Origin: Vicugna vicugna
Lineage: Eukaryota
Direction of reading: 5' to 3'
Assembly (NCBI GenBank): GCA_013265495.1
Contig: MU061553.1
Span: 12,835 to 76,834 of the forward strand
Length of the DNA stretch: 64,000 nt
The notes under the pieces were generated by a model that worked only from the letters and a program-made list of their open reading frames with translations, was not told the origin of the DNA and searched no databases. The translations under genes and the position numbers were made by a program. Positions 10,394 through 23,400 of the stretch are shown here, one piece after another (position 1 is the stretch's first letter; each line of letters begins with the position of its first letter).

Positions 10394-10877
10394 GGTAATA
10401 GAAAAGAACAAATCTGTCTCCATATTAGATCTGTTCCTTTGACTTTAACCCTGTGCTCTGTCTCCTAGGCTTCATCTTGCTTGTGAAACAATGTTGCCTA
10501 GAGCCTGAAATATACAGCAGAGCCTATTCTGAAGGCTCTGCCATTTAAGGGTATTTAACACTTTTTCATTCATAAAAAGATATCAAGTTGCAGAATAGAA
10601 AATAACGTTTGTTTTGTTGGAGGTTTTCAGGGATCGGTCCCAGGCAGATAGCTGCAAGAACAAAGGATTCTAACAACAAGGAATTCCTACACCAAGAATT
10701 TTGCAACAACCAAGCACATAGGAAAGGAGCCTGAATTCTGACTTGGGGAGATGGTTTTCCAGGACATTAGTTTGCCATCTAGGTCTACAGAAACTTGCTC
10801 TTCCATGCCCCAACACCTGGTCTCCCAACTTATTGGCCTGTCCTGCACTGAGGAGAATGAATTTGGGCTCGGTAACA
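10394..10877 (+). mobile_element. ERV1 solo LTR (same family as 47647-48181)
   Basis: (g)gtaatagaaaagaacaaatc...ggtaaca; flanks cccc/ctcc form an imperfect 4-bp TSD; reverse-complement similarity to 47647-48181. Confidence 0.85.
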
Positions 10878-11539
10878 CTCCTATGTACCTAGCAAGCTGG
10901 GCTCTGGAACTGAGGACAGCTCTCCCACAACCAGGGACGTACTGTGGGCCCATGATGGTTCCACTAGGGTGGGGTGTGGTTTACCCAGGAGGGATGGGGA
11001 GGGGACTATGCACCAACACTCAGGCAGTCTGCTCTGTCTGGGGCTCTGATCTTGTACCTCCCTTTCCCCGACAGCCCAACACCTGGGACAGTGGAGCTAA
11101 GGCAGAGATCCTGCCTGCCTGTTTCCCAGCGTGTAAAAGGGGAATATGTACTCTTCCCAAGGGAGTTCTGAGCGACGACACCTGCGGGTGCTTGGTTCCC
11201 AGAGCAACAGGAAACCCAGCTCCGCGTGGGGGCAACGGGTGTGATCCCCGTAGGGTTTGTGTAGAGGCATCGGCTGGAGGGCTGTACCAAGGAGGTATAA
11301 CTTGAGCTGCGGGCCTTGAAGGGTTAGAGAAGGTTACAGAGGCAGGACTGTCGCCTCCTTCGGGGTGCCCCAGAGGTAAAGCTTTTTCTCCCCATTGCCG
11401 CTACTCCCCTCCCCTCTCCAGAAACCTCCCTTCTCTCTGCTCCTCCTGTCCATCTGTCTACCTCCACTTTTCCCCTCCTCCCCTCCTTCTCCCATCTTCT
11501 CCCTCCCTCGCTTCCCCACCTCCTCTCGCAGAACCCAGA

Positions 11540-12310
11540 GAGGATCCCTGGCCCTCCTGCACATGCGCAGTTGGTGCCAGCTGGACCGCGGGTTGGAAGC
11601 TCCACCTCCGAGCCGGGGATCAGCCCCAAAGGCTTCTCAGCTCTGTCACAGGTAGGCCTTTGGTTCTTGCCCGGAGCCGGGGCTTCTGGCTGTGGAAGTG
11701 CAAGGTGGGGGCTCCCGGAAAAGGGGTCAGGCTGCTGCGGGAGGAAGTCCGCGTGTCACAGCCCGCGAGGGCGCGAGTCACCGCGTGTTCAGCTGAGGGG
11801 CTCGGGCCAGGCCCCTTTTCCCGCGCCACCTGCCCCGGCGCCCCGGCCACAGCTGCCCAGGGCCAGGTGTGCACCTGCCGCCTCTCGCCCCAGCCGGGCT
11901 CCCCTCAGTCAGGGGCTGTCGTCCCCTTCCCCTCTCCCGCCCAAGAGTCCTCTTCTCCCGGGCTTCCTGTCCTTGGCCGCCGACCCGTCCCTGCCCCTGG
12001 GCGGGCTGTGTCCCGGGCGGGCGGGGGTCTGCGGACCCGGACGGGGGCGGGCGGCTGGGGCTGGGGCTGGCCTCCGAGCGGGGCTGCAGCCCGCGTCCCC
12101 CACCCCCCGCTTTCCCTGCCCCGTGACCCCGGGGCTGCCCTCCTCTCCCTTTCCCGCTCCCTAAGGACCAGCTCAGCGGTGTGGGCGCTGCTCCGCAGGC
12201 TGACTGTCACCAGCTGTAAAGCCCAGCTTCTCCTGGTGGAGTCGGGGAAAGGGAGCGCCACTGCTGAGCGAGCTTCTGTCCCTCCCTCAGTGTTTCTGCC
12301 CCAGGTAAGT
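11540..12310 (+). promoter_or_regulatory. CpG island, probable duplicated TRAPPC9 promoter and non-coding first exon(s)
   Basis: GC/CpG-rich with GGGCGG boxes and an NRF1-like tgcacatgcgca (11558-11569). Donors cag|gtaggc (11651) and cag|gtaagt (12304). Lies ~4 kb upstream of the first coding exon. Confidence 0.75.
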
Positions 12311-13309
12311 ACCTTGAACACTTTCAGGTGTTATGATGGCTGTGCTTGTTGATGTCACGTGTTTTTATAGTGAGGGATTACAGTGTTGAAAGCAGGGTTT
12401 TATTCAGTTAAAAATGAGCTGAAGGCATGAGGCTGTGACATCCTCCATCCTTCCCTCTCCCAGGGTGAAAAGTGTGACCGCCGGTTTTAGAAAGATAGTC
12501 ACAGTCCCTAATTAGCCCAGCCCAGCTAGTGTGTGTTAACAGGAAGAGCACCACCAGAGGCATTGGAGACCCAGGGACATTGCAGTCCTAAAGAGCACCT
12601 AGGCAGTTTGGTTTGTTTTGTTTTTTGTTTTTTCTAAAATTGTGGGGCAGACTAGTTGTATAGAGGGAAAAATAATTGTCAAGAAATATTTTATCATATA
12701 ACAGCTTTATTGTGATATTGTTCACACACCATGAAGCCCATCCATTTAAGTGGTACAATTCAGCAGCTTTTAGCATATTCACAGTGGTGCAACCATTATT
12801 ATTCCTGAACGTTTTCATCACTTCAGAAAGAACAGTGGAAATCACTATCCACCCTTCCCCAGTGGTCATTCTAAAGAAGTTTCTTGGCTGTTCCTGACCA
12901 TAAATTAACTTGTTACATTCCATGAAAAATCTGGTAGGAATTCTAATCAGAATTGCATTGAATCTGTCTATCAAAACAGGAAGAATTAATATCTTTATGG
13001 CTTAAACTTCTACCCATGAATAAATCTGGGACCCTATATTTTCATTTGTCCAGAGCCTGGCCCATGGGAAGTTCTCACTAATTGTTGGGCTTGTGAATGA
13101 TGAGATTCTATACATCGTTAGTTGCAACTGTAGCCTTTCACAGAAGAGAAAAGTAATCTCCGTGAAGCCAAGTGACTCTCTGATGGTCAGAAAGGGTGAC
13201 AGTCAGTGCTGGAGTGATCCAGTGGACTTGGTGCTTGCAACCAGAATACTCCACCACCTACAGCTAAGGGGATTACAGTGTTCTTTTATTTTTTCTTAAT
13301 GGCGTTGCT

Positions 13310-13590
13310 TTTATTTTTACTTATTTTTTAAATTATTTGTATTGAAGTGTAGTCATTTTACAGTGTTAGTTGCAGGTGTACAGCAGAGATTCAGTTATAA
13401 ACATATGCACATGTATATACATATGTTATAGATTGCTTTTAGTACAACTCATTACAAGAAATTGAATATAGTTCCCTGTGCTATATAGTAGGTCCTTGTC
13501 ATTTATTTTATAGTTATTAATATGTATCTGTTAATCCCCCTTTCCTGCGTGGTAACCACAGTTTGCTTTCTATTTCCATGAGTCCATTTC
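13310..13590 (-). mobile_element. LINE-1 3' end fragment
   Basis: T-rich tail followed by typical L1 3'UTR sequence (gttccctgtgctatatagtaggtcctt...ggtaaccacagtttg). Confidence 0.75.
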
Positions 13591-15782
13591 TAGCAGTACC
13601 GTTTTTCCTAGTAATATATGCTGTTTGGCTGCTTTCAGTTTCAGTAATTCCATCTTCTCTGTGGGCGCTTTTCTTCTAGTGGGCCTTTATGTGGTTTGCA
13701 CAAGTGTCAATAGAGATCTGTATTTGGGAGAACTCCAGGCCTCGTGTAGTCCCTGGTATGGAGCGCCCACTGAGCTGATGCTTGAACTGGGAAAAAAACA
13801 TAGTAAATGTTGGAATTTCCACTATGGTTGAGACTTCCAGGTTTCTATAACCTGTTTAGCCCACCTTAATATTGGCTGCACCCATACTGGGTAATTTGGT
13901 GGAACTTCATGGTATGGTGGTGTAGAGACAGGGCCTTGTATACTTCTTCTCTTTCCTTTATCTAACACTCATTCTCCTGGGCCTCCCAGATCCTCCCCAA
14001 GAAGTGCCCAGGGATGGCTTGGTGCTGCACTGAGGCAATATTTGTTAATAAGGCACTTTCCTCATCTCTTCTGAGCCTCCATTTCCTTCTCTGCACAATG
14101 AGGGCTTAGACTAGGTAAGTGCTTTTCAGTTTCTTTTAAAGCCATGTTTCCTTTGAGAAACAGAAAATGCAAATCTCTCCTCTCATCCCAACACTTTAGA
14201 TTTTGATACGTCCACCAAGAGTGACATAGCTCTTTGTGGAAAATTGATGTGATTGTGATTCCAGGTGGCACAAAAAAGACTCTTCAGTGATTTATTGCAG
14301 GGAGAGGGCAGGAAAGGGGCAGTATGTCACACTTTCTATTGTGAGCACTGGAGCAGGGGCTTGGGTTTAAATATGGTGTCTGACGTGGCCTCTCTCTAAT
14401 CTTGTACAATGTGATAAACCTCTCTCCCTCAATTTCTTAATGTGTCAAGTTGGGGTTATAATATTTTAGGGCTTTTGTGAAACATTATACACATAAGCCA
14501 TTTGTGTCTCGGTAGAAACAAGACCTGCTAGGGAGTCAGGGATTTCTTTAAAAAAAAAAAATCTTGTCCATAGCACTCTGTCTGTGTGTATTTTGAAGTT
14601 CCTGGAGAATGAAGGTTGAGTCTAAAGTCCATTGTGGGACAGGTGGCCCATGGTTCTGTGTTCCCCAGATTGCCCCCTCCTCCCCACTCCTCTTCCTCTC
14701 AGTCCAGGATGAAGTTCCCTAGTAGATTTACACAGAGGTCTTGTGGAAACGGCTTTTCATTTTATTGTTTTACTAAGAAGGGCTGCCACCATGATCTCTG
14801 TGGTCATGTTTTGGTGACCTGAAGAGTATGCAATTGGGGATTTCTATTTAATAAAAGGAAAAAAAATTACAAATACAAAATTAGACCTAGGATGGTGACA
14901 GTGGCTCTTGGAAGTGGGGACCATTGGCTTTGTTAGCTTCAGGTGTAGTGGCCTCTGGCCACGAGGACCCATCCTCGTGCTCTGAAGTTGGAAGGACCAG
15001 TGGGTTCAGTGGGAATGTTAACTGAATGTATCTCATGGGCTGGGCATTGTCCTATTTGTACTGTGTGTTGCCTATTTGAGACAGTGAGCTCATTTAACCT
15101 CAATAGCCTCTTTAAAAAATTAAACTTTTTATTTTGAGATATAATGTAGATTCCCATGTAGTCATGAGAGATAATATGGAGAGGGCCTATGGACCCTTTG
15201 CTCAATTTTCCTTAATGGTTCCATCTTGCAATGTTGGGGTACAATTCATTACTGACTCACTAACCCTTTGAGGTTTGTGTTATTGCCCTCATTTCTATTC
15301 ATGAATAAACTGGTGCTTAGAGAAGAACACAGGCTTACCCAGGTCACCCACATGGTTAGTGTAGATTCGGGTGGAACATGGGCTTGGGATTTCCAGGCAG
15401 TACCATTATGATTGTCTGTGGCAGGGAGCAGCATTCATTTTGCTTGTTTATTCATTCATTCAACAAACATTTATTGAGTAACCTCTGTGTGTCAGATGCT
15501 TTCTTAGGGTTATCTGATTCTTCAGCAGTACTGAGAATCAGGTAATGTTTTCTTTTTTTCAATCTGAGAAAATTATCTCTGAGAGGTTATAAGCCCCCCA
15601 AAGGAAATACAGCTCATAAAGGAGGGATAGTAAATTTGTACAGTCCCCACTTTTTATGCAGGTGGTACCCTAGGCTTTTCACATTTGCAAAATTCCGTTA
15701 TCCAGATATGTTCTTGTAAAGCAAGGATTTTTTTTTAAATGAAGTATAGTCAAGTAACAATGTTGTGTCAATTGCAAGGTGT

Positions 15783-15925
15783 TTTTTGAATTAAAAAATA
15801 CTTTTTGAGGAGGGTAATTAGGTTTATTTATTTGTTTCATTTTTTAAAATGAGGTACTGGGGATTGAACCCAGGACCTCGTACATGCTAAGCATGTGCTC
15901 TACCACTAAACTGTACCCCCTCCCC
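15783..15925 (-). mobile_element. Vic-1-type camelid SINE (tRNA-Ala derived)
   Basis: Reverse complement reads ggggagggggtacagtttagtggtagagcacatgcttagcatgtacgaggtcctgggttcaatccccagtacctc plus an AT-rich tail. Confidence 0.88.
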
Positions 15926-16358
15926 AAGGCAAGTTTTCTTATCCATTATTCTGCAGCTTAGGAGTCCAAATAAATTGGAGTTGGAATCGAGATGTTTCGA
16001 TCCCACTGTGGTTCTTTTGTTTATATTCTGCTGAAGCGGGGTGGGGAAAGCAGTTCCTTTGTTCATTACTTTATTCAGCAGTTTTGAGCACTGACTTTGC
16101 ATCAGGGTCTGGCTAGGTGCTTGAAAACAGAAAACAAGAAATGACCCTACTCTGCAGGGGCTGGAAGCCTAGACCAAAAGCTGGATAGTGTAATCCGAGC
16201 TACGGTAGCCATGTGCAGACTCTGAGGACAAACTGTACCAACCTCTTTGCTTGGACTTCCCTTGCCTTCTGGCTGGTACACACCAGGTCACCTCAACCCA
16301 GAGGGGCCTGCAGCCCACAGCACAGTATGTACCTCGATCTCCTCTCCCCTCTCGGCAG

Positions 16359-16928
16359 GGCTTGCAGCATCCATCCCTGACTACGTGCAGTGTGCTGAGG
16401 ACTATGAGACTCTCCCCTTGGTGGTCCAAGCAGTTGGGATCATCTCAGAGGAGAATTTCTTTTGCATCTATAAGTGAATCTCCTTGGTGAGCCAGATCAG
16501 ACCATGCGGCTCCCAGTTGGCACTCTGTATCCACTACAGGCACCACTATGCGCCCGAGAATGGGTGGAACGATTCCATACCCACTGCAAGGTTGTGGGCC
16601 TTGTCACCATTACCGACTGCCTCTCGGCCAAGGCCTTCGAGAAGCTCCACGTGCAGAGAAGCTGTATGGCACCACGCTTAATGATTCTTAGCTCTTCGTC
16701 TTTGTGCTGCATGGGGAGGTAGCCGAGCAGCCGCACACCGACGTGGTCTTAAATCCACGAGGACTGCAGGGTGGTGGAGAAAATGATCGAGGACTTCACT
16801 GAGTCACTCTTCATCTTGCTCAAGTCTAAGTGGCTGGATGGGGCCCTCGACAATTCTGGGGACAAGATCCCCCTCCTCTGCATCCTGTTTGAGAAGGAGG
16901 ACTTCATGGGACTGGACACAGACAGCAG
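16359..16928 (+). pseudogene. TRAPPC9: TRAPPC9 pseudo-exon 2 (first coding exon)
   Basis: [35 protein letters not shown]...[10 protein letters not shown]...[15 protein letters not shown]...[27 protein letters not shown] lost, TGA at 16475-16477, frameshifts. Acceptor ggcag| and donor |gtaagt intact. Confidence 0.96.
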
Positions 16929-17164
16929 GTAAGTCTACCTGGAGGCCCGGCCACCCTGGCTGTGTGCCGGGTTGCTTCCCTACATCCAGAAAGGGATCAG
17001 CAAGGAGGAGGGCTGTCTTGTAGCCAAGGGGGGAGGGGGGTGCAGCCCGCCGATTTACAGACATTTAAAAGTGAATCCGCCTTTGTTTCAGAGAGATCAT
17101 TTTAGGGTTAGTGTGGACACTTACTCCCGCTTTTCAACCAGGATCCCTGGTGTGAACCCTGGAG

Positions 17165-17483
17165 TTGCTGTCCAATAGAGTAGCCACAGCCACTGATGCT
17201 AGGAGCGCTGGGGAGGAGGCTGCTCTGAGCTGAGATGTGCTGTAGGTCAAATGCACATCAGACGCTGAGACTTGTCTTGTAAAAAGAATGTAAACTATCT
17301 TGGTACTTTCTATATTGATTACATGTCAAAATGATAGTATTTTACATAAGTAGATTAAGTAAGAGCTGTCCTTAAAATCAGTTTCTAGTATTTGTTTTTT
17401 GTTTGTTTGTTTGTTTACCATTTTAAATGTGGCAACTGGGAAACTTCCTTTACATGGATCTCATTTCATTCCTATTGGGCAGC
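17165..17483. mobile_element. hAT-Charlie MITE (MER3/MER33-like)
   Basis: Terminal inverted repeats gctgtccaatag ... ctattgggcagc around an AT-rich interior. Confidence 0.75.
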
Positions 17484-20400
17484 CTGTCCTGGGACAGTCT
17501 CATCCCTTTGCTTATAGATGAGACGCTGAATCCCGAGACGCAGAACGAGGTACTGGTTGAGCTGGGGGTGGAGCCGGTGTCTCCTGCCTCCCAGGCCCAG
17601 CACCTGCACGGCTCAGGCCCTCTCTTCCTGCCCGACAGCCACCATACCAAGTTAGGACATCAGAAACACCGCCAAGGACTTCAGAATGAACTCCTTACGC
17701 AGGGAAAGGTGTGTCACGGAGTATGGGACAGAGCAGGGAAAGGTTCCTCCTCGCTTTGTCCCTGTGATTAAGTCAAAGTCCCCACTTTGCCTCGGAAGTG
17801 CAGACAAGGTCTTCTGGGCTGCCTACACCCCCACCTTCTGCTCTGTTTCCCCGTGTATCTATCATGCTGTCCCTCGGGCAGAAGAGGGTGAGATGCCTTT
17901 GCCAGAGGTGGTCCCCCATTGCTGGGGAGAGTGAGGGAAGCTGTGTCTCCTCCCCTACGGCCTCGGGCCTTGAGTCTGGAGAGCGCTCATGGCGGTCCCA
18001 CAGGTGATGGTCGAAGGACCTTTTACGTGCTGCAGGGCCCGCTGTGGAGGCGGTGCTCTGTGATTCTTGAACTTACCTAAGATCAGATCCTACTTTCTGG
18101 TTGTTGGTAAGTTGGAGGAGAATATGCCAGAGAATTGATAAAAAGAAAGTCCAGACCAGCCCTGTGAGTAAGAGGCACAGGGGACCCGAGTCCCACCTGC
18201 GTGTGGTGCCTGGGGGGCTCTGGATGAATTTTCAGTTCCTCCCCGGACATGCCTCTATGGCTTAAGGAAGGGGCGAGGCATGTCGTGGACATGATCTGTA
18301 CTTGTCCTCGCAGGGCCCTGAGATCTGCATGCCCGCACTCCCCTTCTGCTCCTTGGAGATGAGGAGGCAGGTTTAGGAGCCTGGGCACTGCAGAGGGCAC
18401 AGCTGCCAGCATCTTGCTACACCGAGGCTGGCTCCGTTCACCTCACCTGTCACCTCCTGCTGAGCCCCTAGGCGTTAGTCAAGGTAGGTGCATCGGTGCA
18501 ATGTAAGCAGGGACCACCTTCTCCCCCTGGACAGACCGGCGGGTGAGCAGTGGAAGCCTGGAGCCCTGCCCCAGCCCCCTGGTCAGTGCCTCCTCTTTTG
18601 TCATAGGAGGCACTGGTGACATTTTTGCTCAGCAACTGCTTGGCTCTGAGTCTGCAGACCCACCAGAGAATGCCAGCTTGTTTTTTTGCCTTTTGAAGTC
18701 TGTCCTTGGGATTTGGAATGTGTGCTTATAGTGGTTGACACTGTCACCATTGTTTACCCAGAACCTCGTATACCAGGCATGGCTCTCGGCATCAAAATAT
18801 AGCAGCGCATTAATCCTCACTCCTGGTGGGTCTCTCTGTTTTGGTACCATAAGCGCTCATCCAGCATCTGAACATCAGTGATATAACGCGGCCAGTGTGC
18901 TTGGGTCAAGCACGTTCTCCTCCAGTCGCTTTTACTCCATTGTTCCTTTTACTATTCCACAGTCATTAATTTTTAAAACAATGCTTTGGTGCAGGAGCAG
19001 AACCTAATTCTCTCCTGCTACTCTTGGTGGGAGTGAGTAAAACTGTCCAGCCTGAAATGTGACCACATTTTGTAGCTCAAAAACTGCCTAAACGCATGTA
19101 GGTGGAGTTTTGGTTAGGGGCACTGACCACGGTGGGGTCCCCCGCCAGCACCGCTCCCCTCAGGCCCCTGCCTTCCCTGGAGCAGGAGGTGAGGGTGGGT
19201 CTCACCGTCCTGGTGAGACCTGGCGTCCCTGGCCTCACACACTCACGTAAATTCTTGTACAGGCTGTCAAAGTCATTTTTGTTCTTGTGTGTATCTAATT
19301 TTATCTTGTTCCTCTTTTCCTTTTTTTTTATTCCTTTTTCTCTTGTACCACCCTGTGAGCATGTTGTTGCGTCTGAAAAGGTGGGCTGAGCACACCCTGC
19401 ACTGCAAATAGCCAGATCGCCCTCCGTGCTGTATCCATCGCTTTAAAAAGCAAAAACTTAACAGTTGCCTCGATCCATGTATTATCCTAGTCATCTTTTT
19501 ATTTTCTAATATTTTTGGAATATTTGCTTTGTTAGCACATCACCCACTGGTGTTTGATACCTGTTAAAATCCTTGCTTTGAAGAACATGTTTGATCCTCC
19601 TTATATTTGGTGACAAATGCGCCCTTATTAAATTTGTTTGATTGTTTTGAAGAAGTAAGATGCGAATTGATTTAGGCGGCTGCTGAGGGATTATTTTCAT
19701 GGAGTATTTAAACTTGTAAAGTCAAATTCTGCAGCACCTTGCTCGATTCCTGCTTTTACACAAAAGTACTCGGCACACTGTTCCTGGCTGCCGCTGTGTG
19801 ACGTGCGTGACGGCGCTGCCTGGCCGGCGGTCACTGGCGAGGAAGTGGCCGGCTCGGGGGTGAGCAGCTGTAGGGGACGCTGTTGGAGGAAGCAGTCACC
19901 TTTTTTTTGTTATTTATTTATGTATGTATGTATGTATTTATTTTTGCATTCAACTTCCCTGTGTCATTAAGTTTACTTTGCCTTCATAAAGGGGCAGAAG
20001 CGGGTCTAAAATCTATGCCACTCTTTTGTTTCCTTTACGAGGCTGGTTTTTCTGTGTATCAGGAGAACATGGCCTTCTCCTAAGTAGCTGGCTCACCTGG
20101 ATCTGGTGGACACAGGGACTGCTAAAGGGGACCGTAGCTTCCTCTCTGCTTCAGGCAGTGGGCATTCAGAGCCGGGTCTGTGGTTTGCCTCAGCAGCCGT
20201 GCAGGCCTCCCTGCACCGGCCTTTACTTTTAACCCATGTTGGCAGTAAATAGCTGACTCTGTCTGTTGCAGCTGACGTCCACCACTGACGGCCTTGTCGT
20301 TAATTTGCGATTTTGAGTCTCCAACACCCCAGTCAGCCGTGAAGGGAGATGCGTTGGCTGACCTAGGACCTTGGATTCTCACCCCTAACCTGGTTCATCT

Positions 20401-23400
20401 CACCCGGGAGAAGTGTTTGGTCACCACCATCATGCGGACCATGAGGCTTTGTTTCTCCTTTCATGCTCTGGTCCAAATGTGGATACTTCATCCTTCACTG
20501 ACTTTATCTCGCTTGAGACAGGCCAGACTTCTGAAAGTGTCCATCACATTGTGGGTAGGGAACAGAACAGAAGTAAGTGTCGCAAGTAGAAGGAGTCTAG
20601 GCTGTCCGGGTTGGCAAATGCAGGCTGGTATCTGTGATGACTGGGCTGTGCCCTGGACACAGTCCTTTCCCGTGGCTCCCGAGGGCCCAGGGGTCGGAGT
20701 GAGAACAACCTTGCCTGGGTTCCTCCATCCTCATCTGCTCACTGGCAGGTGTGTCTGCTAAGTAGGAGCTCCCCCAGGCCTCGGGCCCTTCAAAGCTCAG
20801 ACCACGGGAGAACCTTGAGTCCCTTCCCCTGGGCCTCCTTTGTGAGAATCCAGTGACTTCTGAGGTGGCCCGTGCCAGGTAATGCCTCCCTCTCCAGGGA
20901 GCACCCTTAGGAGGACTCAGACTCAGTGCACCATGCTGTGAGCTTGTGGGGTTACGGCCATGGTCCCTGCAGAACCAGTCTTGAGATGAGCTTAGCGACG
21001 GAAATAACAGGACTGATTCCAGGGCAGGGCTTGGAGGAGGGAACAAGGGAAATTGAATGTGACCTCAAACACCTAGGTGGGTGCTGGGGCTGTTACTAAA
21101 ATGGGGAGCCTTGGAGGTACCTACCAGGAATCGAATTCCAGAGTAAATAGAGGAAATGAGGCATTTTTAAGATGCCATTTGTCATCCAAGTTAGGACGTC
21201 AAAGAGGCACTCGGGTCTTTGAGCCTGGGGCTCAGGTGAAGGAGCTGGACTAGAAATACACGTTGGGAGTCGTCATTCTTAGCGGGTGTTCACAGCCGTG
21301 TAGGTGGATGAGCTCATCTCGAGAGGTGCAGACTGAGGATGAGGGGGAGCAAGGCTGTGCCTGGTTTGGAGGAAAGCCCAGACCATGCAGCTTTGGTGTG
21401 TCAGTCAGCGGCGTTTGCGATTTTCAGAGCAATGCTATTTATCCTTAAGGGGCAGGGAGGTAGGCAGGGCCACCCAGAAGAAATCTGAAGGGAGGGTTGT
21501 GGCCACTTGTGTGTCTTGGGAAGATGCAGAGTCTGCAGGGACCGGGAGGGGAGTCACCTCAGAGTCTAGAGTTGGAGTGGGGAGTGGTTTGAAGGTAGTC
21601 ACACTCACCTGTGAGGGAGGGAGGGAGGCCTAGGGAGTCCCCACCCTACCGGACTCACTTTCCCACGAACAGAAGGCAATCAGACAGAGGATCAGAAGTG
21701 AGAAGATGGGCGCTGGGAGGGGAGCCAACCTGAAGAATGGTGCTTGGAAAGTTCTGGAATAGTCTCCCTGCAAAATAGAGTTAAAAAAGCCCAGACTCTT
21801 AAGAATATTGATAGTGACTGGGGAGGAGGCAGTTCTTTTTCTGGCCTCCTAAGGGTAAGGCATGTATCCGGGGATACACAGAAGAATCTGGCAGTCTTTC
21901 CCGGGGGCTTGATCCTTACCAGGGGGAACAGAGCAAGTTTAAAAGGGGAGAAGGGCATTGGAGGGAAACTAGCCAGGCCCCGTGTCAGGAACCAGTCGGC
22001 CGCCCTACTTGTGTGTTGCATTCACACCCATGCCTCCCATGTGGGCGGTGGCAGCCCCCTTTTGCAGATTGAGAAGCATTCTCAGAGGGGTTAAGGAATT
22101 GGTCCATTTAACTGCTAGTAAATGCTGTAGCAGGATTCAAGCAGGGCCTTGTCAGACATCAAGGGTGTGTTTTCTCTACTAGTTCCTGTACCTCCCTGTT
22201 GTAACTGGAATGGTGAAGTGGGTCAGTTTTGGAGCCTTTCAGAAAAAGTGTGATTTAAGTGCCTCAGGACTATTTCACAAAGCTCAGTGTTCTTTGATGG
22301 TTCGGAAGCACTGCAGTGCTTTACGCCCCACAGGTGTAAGGTCTTACTCCTTTGACGATGACGTGGTTACAAATGACGTACAGGTGCAAAACCAGACTTA
22401 GCAGGTTCTGAAGGGAAACTCTCCAGTTCTCCATTGATTGGCTTTCTTCGGTGGGATGTAACTCTGCTGCAGCGTAGGCCTGAGCTTTCCATATGGAGTG
22501 AGGGTTTGATATCCAAAGTTAGCTTGGAACGATCAGATGGAGAAAATCGACGTTGACAATTTATATTTGAGTTTCACTAGACAAGATGCAGTATCGCTTA
22601 ATGACCCATATAACGTATGAAATTGAGTACAGAACACTGCATTTCTTACTTTCTACTTAGAGTTGTCTTCCAACGTAAGGTTGTCTGCTTTGGAACTTCA
22701 GCTCAGCCACTAGGGCGCCTGTCAGTGTGTTGGTGTGATTGCATTTACACAGTGCATGTAATCTGGGCTTCCTCAGCCGCAAACACTCCAGTGCAGAATC
22801 ATAGGCTGTAGCCATGTCTTAGTTATACAAATACTTCTACAACTATATGATACCAAAAAAAAAAAAAGGAGAGAGAGTTTGCCTTTATCAAAATTCCTCT
22901 GGATTTTAACTGCAAACTGTTGTTGAGCAGCTCTGGTTTCCTTTGGATATGAATTTATACATTTCTTTGCATGTAACTTGGATTTTAGACTAGAACACCA
23001 AGCTCTTGCTTTCCATGAACCACAAAAATCGTAGCCAAATGACACACGTATGAAACATTTTATTCTTTTTTTCTGAGACAGAATCCTTGAATTTGGGACT
23101 TGGGCTGTGAGTTTGCTTTTTGCTCTTCCCACCCCTCCTGTCATCTCACTTCTTTTTCCCACGTGGCCTCCAAGCGGTCATGGTCTCAAAGGAGCAGGTG
23201 GACAAACACCAGTTGGTCGCCAAGCAGTACTGCTGTAGAGGGAGCCCAGCCAAGACCCAAAGGACATCATCAGAGAGGACTTCCTGGAAGAAATGGGCTC
23301 TACATTCAGTTCTGAGGACAGAGTAACAGTCAGCCAGGAGAAGGAATCAAGAGGGTGACTCAGGTGGCAGGAGCAGCCCTGGGAGAGGCCTGGAGGCTTG

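Noticed and set aside
11571..12352. Long overlapping ORFs (197, 230 and 138 aa)
   Set aside because: Low-complexity Pro/Gly/Ala/Arg frames expected in GC-rich CpG islands, with non-ATG starts.
15850..15925. tRNA-Ala-like sequences here and at 27.4, 33.0 and 56.6 kb
   Set aside because: These are SINE heads with AT-rich tails and degenerate stems, not tRNA genes.
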